The position numbers and the translations under genes are program-made. Positions 58,513-64,000 of a DNA stretch of 64,000 nt are shown piece after piece. This DNA is from Algibacter sp. L3A6 (GTDB lineage: Bacteria > Bacteroidota > Bacteroidia > Flavobacteriales > Flavobacteriaceae), in assembly GCF_009796825.1 (NCBI RefSeq), contig NZ_CP047030.1:1344070-1408069 (forward strand), given 5' to 3'. Under the pieces are notes generated by a model, which saw nothing but the letters and a program-made list of their open reading frames with translations, was not told the DNA's origin and made no database searches. Within the stretch, counting starts at the first letter, position 1; the number at the start of each line of letters is the position of its first letter.

Positions 58513-60613
58513 TTATTTCAATAATTGAAAAGCAATTAAAGCTGTAATATAAGCAATTGCCGTCATGATTATTAATTGCCAAACTGGCCATTTCCAGCTA
58601 TTAGTTTCTCTTTTCACTACAGCTAACGTACTCATGCATTGCATTGCAAAAGCGTAAAACAAAAGCAGAGAAATTCCTGATGCCAACGTAAACAACGGCC
58701 CTCCTAAAACAGGATTAACCTCTTTGGCCATTCTATTCTTAATAGTGTCCTCATCATCATTACCAACACTATAAATAGTAGCTAATGTTCCAACAAAAAC
58801 CTCACGAGCAGCAAAACTACTTACAATAGCAATACCAATTTTCCAATCGTATCCCAAAGGTCTAATAGCAGGTTCAATAGCATGTCCAGCAATACCAATA
58901 AAAGAATGCTCTAATTTATGCGATGCTATTTTTTGTTGTAATTCATCGTCAGATAAATTATTAGCAACGTTTTCAGTTTTAATAATTTCTTCCGCATTAT
59001 TAAAATTATCGCCTGGCCCATAAGACGCCAAGAACCAAAGCACAATAGAAATCGCTAAAATAATTTTACCAGCACCAAATACAAAAGACTTCGTTTTTTC
59101 GATAACCGTAAGCGCAACATTTTTAAAAAGCGGCAACTTATAGTTAGGCATTTCTACCACAAAAAAGGTTTTACTTTTTATTTTAAGAATCTTATTTAAA
59201 ATATATGCTGAAACTACTGCAGAAACAAAACCGAGTAAATACAACAACATTAACGTTAATGCTTGATAGCCTAAACCTAAAAACCGACCTTCTGGAATAA
59301 CCAACGAAATAATAATTAAATACACTGGTAATCGAGCCGAACAGGTTGTAAACGGCGTAACCAAAATGGTAATCAATCGTTCTTTCCAACTTTCTATATT
59401 TCGGGTAGCCATAATAGCAGGGATAGCGCAGGCTGTACCAGAAATAAGCGGTACAACACTTTTTCCGCTAAGGCCAAAACGCTTCATAATGTTATCCATC
59501 AAGAATACCACACGGCTCATATATCCACTTTCTTCTAAAACAGAAATAAAGAGGAACAAAAAGGCAATTTGTGGAATAAAAATTACAATTCCGCCAAGAC
59601 CAGAAATAATACCTTCGGCTAATAAATTAGTAAAAGCACCAGGTGGCAATGTGGTTTTTACCCACTCGCTTAACGATGCAAAAGCTCCGTCTATTAAGTC
59701 CATTGGCACACTAGACCAATCGTAAATTGCTTGAAAAATAGTAAGTAGAATAAAAAAGAAAATAACATAACCCCAAACTTTGTGAGTTAGAATTCTATCG
59801 AGCTTAGATCGTAGATCTTTAGCTTGAGTAACATCTATAGTTTTTCCTTTTTTAAGAACATTGTTTATAAACTGATACCTCTTTATGGTTTCACGCTGCT
59901 GTAAACGCTTTAAATCGCCACTGGTTTTAGTTTTAAAACTTGCTATGGCATCAATTTCATTTCTATCGGTTTTTCCGAAGTTAACATCTTGAGTAATTAC
60001 TAGCCAAAGTTTATAAATAAGTTGATTAGGAAATGCCTTTCTTAGCGCATCGAAATAAGGTTTATCAATTTCCGAAGGATCTAAACACGGTGTTACCGAT
60101 AGATCACGATAATTAGTAATAAGTTCTTTTAACCTATCTATTCCTATTTTTTTACGTGTACTTATTAATGCAATTTTAGTTTGAAGTTGTTTTTCTAAAT
60201 AATCAATATCCAACGAAATACCTTTATATTTCATCCTGTCGGACATGTTTATCACTAGAATTGTCGGAATTTCTAAATCCTTAATTTGAGTAAAAATTAA
60301 AAGATTTCGTTTTAAATTCTCTACATCACTAACAACAACGGCAACATCTGGATAATCTTTATCATTTTTATTTAAAAGCAATTCGATAACCACACTTTCA
60401 TCTAGCGACGACGCATTTAAACTATAAGTTCCGGGTAAATCAATAATATGCGCCTTTACACCACGTGGCAACTTACAAACACCCTTCTTTCTTCTCCACC
60501 GTAATACCCGGGTAGTTTCCAACTTTTTGGTTTAATCCTGTTAAAGCATTAAAAACCGAAGTTTTACCCGTATTTGGATTCCCTATTAAGGCGACGTTTA
60601 TTTGCTTACTCAT
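58513..60613 (-). CDS. feoB: ferrous iron transporter FeoB, interrupted by a +1 frameshift near 60482-60486 (G-domain G1 motif in a separate 46-codon frame)
   Basis: ATG 60613 gives [46 protein letters not shown]-stop. Main ORF (track 58513..60522) continues …[21 protein letters not shown]… in the +1 frame. Removing one G from GAAGGGTG restores [13 protein letters not shown]. Confidence 0.85.
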
Positions 60614-60842
60614 GCGTTATTTTTTCAATTAAAATATGCGAAGCCGTTTCTTTTCTAATCGCAACATGCGACCCATTTATATTTAAATACATAGGATCCT
60701 GAAAAGGAGCAAACTGAATTAACTCGACAAAATTCCCTGGCAAACATCCCATTTCTAATAATTTTAGTGGAATATTTTTAGATGAAACATCGGTAATAAC
60801 ACCGCGTTCGCCTCGTTTTAGATGTGCTATAGTGTATTGCAA
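60606..60842 (-). CDS. feoA: ferrous iron transport protein A (FeoA, SH3-like)
   Basis: 78 aa; overlaps feoB start by 8 bp. Confidence 0.85.
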   Translation of the reverse strand: MQYTIAHLKRGERGVITDVSSKNIPLKLLEMGCLPGNFVELIQFAPFQDPMYLNINGSHVAIRKETASHILIEKITHE

Positions 60843-60986
60843 GCTTATTTAGATTGATTTTAAAGAAGCAAAAGTAATGTAAATGTTTAGAAGTTAAAAA
60901 GTTTATCGAAAATAGTTTGAGGATTTTAAGTCGTAATTACAATGCCCAGCTTTCAGTTTAGCAACCATTTAGTTTGCCAGTAACCC

Positions 60987-61655
60987 TTATTTTTCTTCTT
61001 TTAAAATTGAAATATCTTTTAACAACCTATCAATCTCTTCCTCATTGGTACCATCATAAAAACCTCTAATTTGTCGCTTTTTATCAATAAGCATAAAATT
61101 CTCAGTATGCACCATATCATAAGGCCCGCCATATTCAGCATCTTTTACAGCGAGATAACTTTTTCTGGCCAACGTGTAGATTTCTTTTTTATCGCCTGTT
61201 ACTAAATTCCACTTTTTATCGTTTACACCTTTTTTTTCAGCATAACGTTTTAATTGCGCTACGGTATCAATTTCTGGCGTTACGGAGTGAGATAGTAACA
61301 TCACCTCATCATCATTTATAATTTCCTTTTGAATTTTCACCATATGATCCGTCATAATCGGGCAGATGGTTTGGCAAGTAGTAAAAAAAAAATCGGCAAC
61401 GTATATTTTATTTTTGTAATCGTTTTGCGTGATGGTTTTACCATTTTGATTCAACAAAGCAAAATCGCCTATTTTATGATATTTTTTTTGATATTGAAGT
61501 GTGCTATCCACCAATTCGGCACTTACCGATGCGGGCTGATAAATTGGTAATGGCTGATATACATTTAAAGTATTGTAAATTAACGATACAATAACCACGG
61601 AAATAACACCAAAAACAATGAAGAAAATCTTGTATTCTTTAAAAATAGAACCCAT
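60987..61655 (-). CDS. SCO1/SenC-family copper chaperone (thioredoxin fold)
   Basis: 222 aa; N-terminal TM, CxxxC motif TCQTICP. Confidence 0.8.
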   Translation of the reverse strand: MGSIFKEYKIFFIVFGVISVVIVSLIYNTLNVYQPLPIYQPASVSAELVDSTLQYQKKYHKIGDFALLNQNGKTITQNDYKNKIYVADFFFTTCQTICPIMTDHMVKIQKEIINDDEVMLLSHSVTPEIDTVAQLKRYAEKKGVNDKKWNLVTGDKKEIYTLARKSYLAVKDAEYGGPYDMVHTENFMLIDKKRQIRGFYDGTNEEEIDRLLKDISILKEEK

Positions 61656-61816
61656 TATCTATAAATTTTAGACAAAAATACGAGATAATTTAGATAAGCC
61701 CCTTGTGATTGAACCCTAAATTCCTGTTAAAACCAATGCCTTTGTTTGATTGTCTTTTTTAAAGTTGGTTTAAAAGCTTACTTTTGTGCGATTATAAAAA
61801 TTTGACTGAAAAATAT

Positions 61817-63163
61817 ATGGAGTTTGTTATTAAAATATCGCAGTTTTTGCTAAGTCTTTCGTTGTTAATTGTTTTACACGAATTAGGGCATTTTATCCCT
61901 GCAAAACTTTTTAAAACGCGAGTAGAAAAATTTTACTTATTTTTTGATGTAAAGTTTTCTTTATTCAAGAAAAAAATTGGCGATACTGTTTACGGAATTG
62001 GCTGGTTACCACTTGGTGGCTATGTTAAAATTTCGGGTATGATAGACGAAAGTATGGATACCGAACAAATGGCTAAAGAACCGCAACCATGGGAATTTCG
62101 CTCTAAACCGGCTTGGCAACGTTTAATTATTATGCTAGGTGGTGTTACAGTAAACTTTGTTTTAGCTGTAGTAATCTACATTGGTATGAGTTATTTTTAT
62201 GGTGATAAAATTTTACCAGTTCAAAATATTCAAGATGGTTTATTAGTACAAAGTAGTGTTGCTAACAATGCTGGACTTTTAACAGGAGATAATGTTATTG
62301 CCGTAGATGGCACCAAGATCGACGATTATTCTCAAATTTCTGAAAAAGTACTTTTTGGAAAAGAAATTACTATTGAGCGCAACGGACAAGAAAAAACGAT
62401 AACTTTTCCAGAAGATTTTTTAGCACAACTTATAGATTCTAAAGAAAAAGGATTCATTAATTTAAGAATGCCTTTTGTTGTTGTTGAAGTGCCAGACACA
62501 TCGGCTAATAAAAGTAGCGGACTTAAAAAAGGAGATATTGTTGTTGGTTTAAATGATTACAAAACCAAATATGTTGATCAAGTTACTACTGGTTTAGATA
62601 AATTTAAAGGACAACAAGTTTCGGCAACTATACTTAGAGATAATAAAGAAACAACCTTACCATTAAATATTAGTAGCGATGGTAAACTAGGCTTAGTTTA
62701 CGCGCCACAATCTACCTATGCAACATTAGAGGCATTAGATTATTATAAATTTCAAACTAAAGAATATAGCTTTTTAGAAGCGATTCCTGTTGGTTTAGAA
62801 AAAACTGGAGATAAAATATCCTCTTACATTACACAGTTTAAAGCTATTTTTACACCAAGCACAGGCGCATACAAAGGCGTAGGTGGTTTTAAAGCTATTT
62901 ACGATATATTTCCTAGCTTTTGGAGCTGGCAAGTATTCTGGGGCATTACAGCGTTTTTATCTATTATGTTAGGTGTTTTAAACTTATTACCTATTCCTGC
63001 ACTAGATGGTGGACACGTTATGTTTTTACTATACGAAATGATCTCTGGAAGAAAGCCTGGAGACAAATTTATGGAGTACGCACAAATGGTTGGATTCTTC
63101 CTTTTAATAGCATTAGTGCTGTTTGCAAATGGTAATGATATCTACAAAGCGATATTTGATTAA
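61817..63163 (+). CDS. rseP: RIP site-2 metalloprotease RseP (M50 family) with PDZ domains
   Basis: ORF 61784..63163; conserved start MEFVIKISQFLL…VLHELGHF (HExxH) at 61817; PDZ region; C-terminal LDGG motif. Confidence 0.85.
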   Translation: MEFVIKISQFLLSLSLLIVLHELGHFIPAKLFKTRVEKFYLFFDVKFSLFKKKIGDTVYGIGWLPLGGYVKISGMIDESMDTEQMAKEPQPWEFRSKPAWQRLIIMLGGVTVNFVLAVVIYIGMSYFYGDKILPVQNIQDGLLVQSSVANNAGLLTGDNVIAVDGTKIDDYSQISEKVLFGKEITIERNGQEKTITFPEDFLAQLIDSKEKGFINLRMPFVVVEVPDTSANKSSGLKKGDIVVGLNDYKTKYVDQVTTGLDKFKGQQVSATILRDNKETTLPLNISSDGKLGLVYAPQSTYATLEALDYYKFQTKEYSFLEAIPVGLEKTGDKISSYITQFKAIFTPSTGAYKGVGGFKAIYDIFPSFWSWQVFWGITAFLSIMLGVLNLLPIPALDGGHVMFLLYEMISGRKPGDKFMEYAQMVGFFLLIALVLFANGNDIYKAIFD

Positions 63164-63190
63164 ATTTTTAAAAAAAAATTTAAAAAATGT

Positions 63191-63220
63191 TTGCGGCATT
63201 TAAATAAAGTTCTATCTTTG
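63191..63220 (+). promoter_or_regulatory. putative Bacteroidota sigma-A promoter for tRNA-Asn (TTG-N19-TATCTTTG)
   Basis: TTG 63191-63193; TATCTTTG 63213-63220 matches -7 consensus TAnnTTTG; tRNA starts 63245. Confidence 0.45.
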
Positions 63221-63244
63221 CAACCGCTAAGCAAAATAGCACAG

Positions 63245-63318
63245 TCCTTCTTAGCTCAGTTGGTTAGAGCATCTGACTGTTAATCAGAGGGTCCTTGGTT
63301 CGAGCCCAAGAGAAGGAG
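63245..63318 (+). tRNA. tRNA-Asn (anticodon GTT)
   Basis: TCCTTCTTAGCTCAGTTGGTTAGAGC…anticodon loop CTGTTAA…GGTTCGAGCCC…AGAAGGAG; perfect 7-bp acceptor stem; discriminator G. Confidence 0.9.
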
Positions 63319-63504
63319 CAAAATTAAGTCTAACAGAAATGTTAGACTTTTTTGTTTTTAATAGTTTCCTGTAAACATCTACACTTACTGCATTTCTGTA
63401 TTTTATTCTACAAATCAAATAGCCTTGTTTATTAAACGAAAAGGCATACAATTAGGTGTACCATTATTTCTTCGAGGTGTACCATTTAAACATTCATATA
63501 AAAC

Positions 63505-64000
63505 ATGAAATTAAACATACTTTATTTATTATATAAATCTAAAACAAACTCTAAAGGATTGTGCCCTATCCGATGCAGAATTACCTATTCTAAAAAAAGA
63601 AAAGAGTTCTCTACAGGGCAATTTGTAAATCCTAAAAATTGGAACAGCAAACAACAACTAGTGAAACCACTAGAGCCCGAAGCGGACCACATAAATTCAC
63701 AACTAAGCCTTATTAAGACAAAAATTAATAAGGCTTTTTTATTGCTTCAAATTAAAGAAGAAAATTTCACTGTTAATGATGTTTACAGCTTTTACAAGGG
63801 TGAAAAAACATCCAAGCCATTATCAATTCCATTGCTGCCTAATGCGTTAGAAATTTTAGAGCAATATAAAGAGGGAGGTGACTATGTGTTTACTAGAATA
63901 AGTAATCAACGGTATAATTCCTATTTAAAAGAGATTGCGAATATTGTTGGTATAAACAAGAATCTAACGACACATATTGCTAGAAAAACATTTGCCAGTA
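63505..64000 (+). CDS. tyrosine-type site-specific recombinase/integrase (Bacteroidota Arm-DNA-binding N-domain), 3' end beyond window; appears internally shortened
   Basis: ATG 63505: MKLNILYLLYKSKTNSKGLCPIRCRITYSKKRKEFSTGQFVNPKNWNSKQQLV… (Arm-type domain) then, only ~95 aa later, …NLTTHIARKTFAS resembling catalytic box II (HxxR). Located 186 bp 3' of tRNA-Asn. No stop within window, so not in the ORF track. Confidence 0.6.
   Translation, partial: MKLNILYLLYKSKTNSKGLCPIRCRITYSKKRKEFSTGQFVNPKNWNSKQQLVKPLEPEADHINSQLSLIKTKINKAFLLLQIKEENFTVNDVYSFYKGEKTSKPLSIPLLPNALEILEQYKEGGDYVFTRISNQRYNSYLKEIANIVGINKNLTTHIARKTFAS

Noticed and set aside
58365-58547. Plus-strand 60-aa [23 protein letters not shown]…
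   Set aside because: The opposite strand encodes the conserved FeoB-associated Cys-rich peptide directly downstream of feoB, so the plus ORF is its antisense shadow.

Overview
Low-GC Bacteroidota (Flavobacteriia-like) chromosomal segment. It is mostly housekeeping: serS, ribF, pth, rplY/ctc, prs, bioB, pheS, mfd, rseP, pbpC, an LpxH-like phosphoesterase, tRNA-Leu(CAA) and tRNA-Asn(GTT). Several accessory loci are interleaved.

1. A type IX secretion (T9SS) cargo cluster at about 1.9-15.4 kb. A ~2038-aa multidomain surface protein (GEVED, FN3, thrombospondin-type Ca-binding repeats, LamG, MAM-like module, type-A CTD) lies between two paralogous genes in the same orientation. Each paralog encodes a signal peptide, a MAM-like domain, Ig-like modules and a type-B T9SS CTD. 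Neither has a canonical start codon ahead of its signal peptide. One carries an ~8-copy 81-bp tandem repeat encoding Cys-pair modules.
2. A secreted zincin metalloprotease with a P-domain and a type-A T9SS CTD.
3. A compact operon of stand-alone receiver, TonB-dependent receptor and YfiR-like sensor histidine kinase.
4. A TonB-dependent receptor-bioB operon with a divergent MocR-type regulator.
5. A DtxR-regulated Mn/Zn-type uptake locus (TBDR, SBP, ATPase, two permeases). It has an embedded APH-like kinase gene, permeases with winged-helix-like C-terminal tails, and twin perfect 14-bp palindromes in the regulator/operon intergenic region.
6. A feoA-feoB-small Cys-rich peptide operon in which feoB has a +1 frameshift separating the G1 motif from the rest.
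7. Three copies of a 75-100-bp intergenic repeat with conserved ends.
8. tRNA-Asn followed by an Arm-domain tyrosine recombinase gene that looks internally truncated, probably an integrative-island boundary running off the window end.

No CRISPR array, rRNA or obvious IS element was seen.
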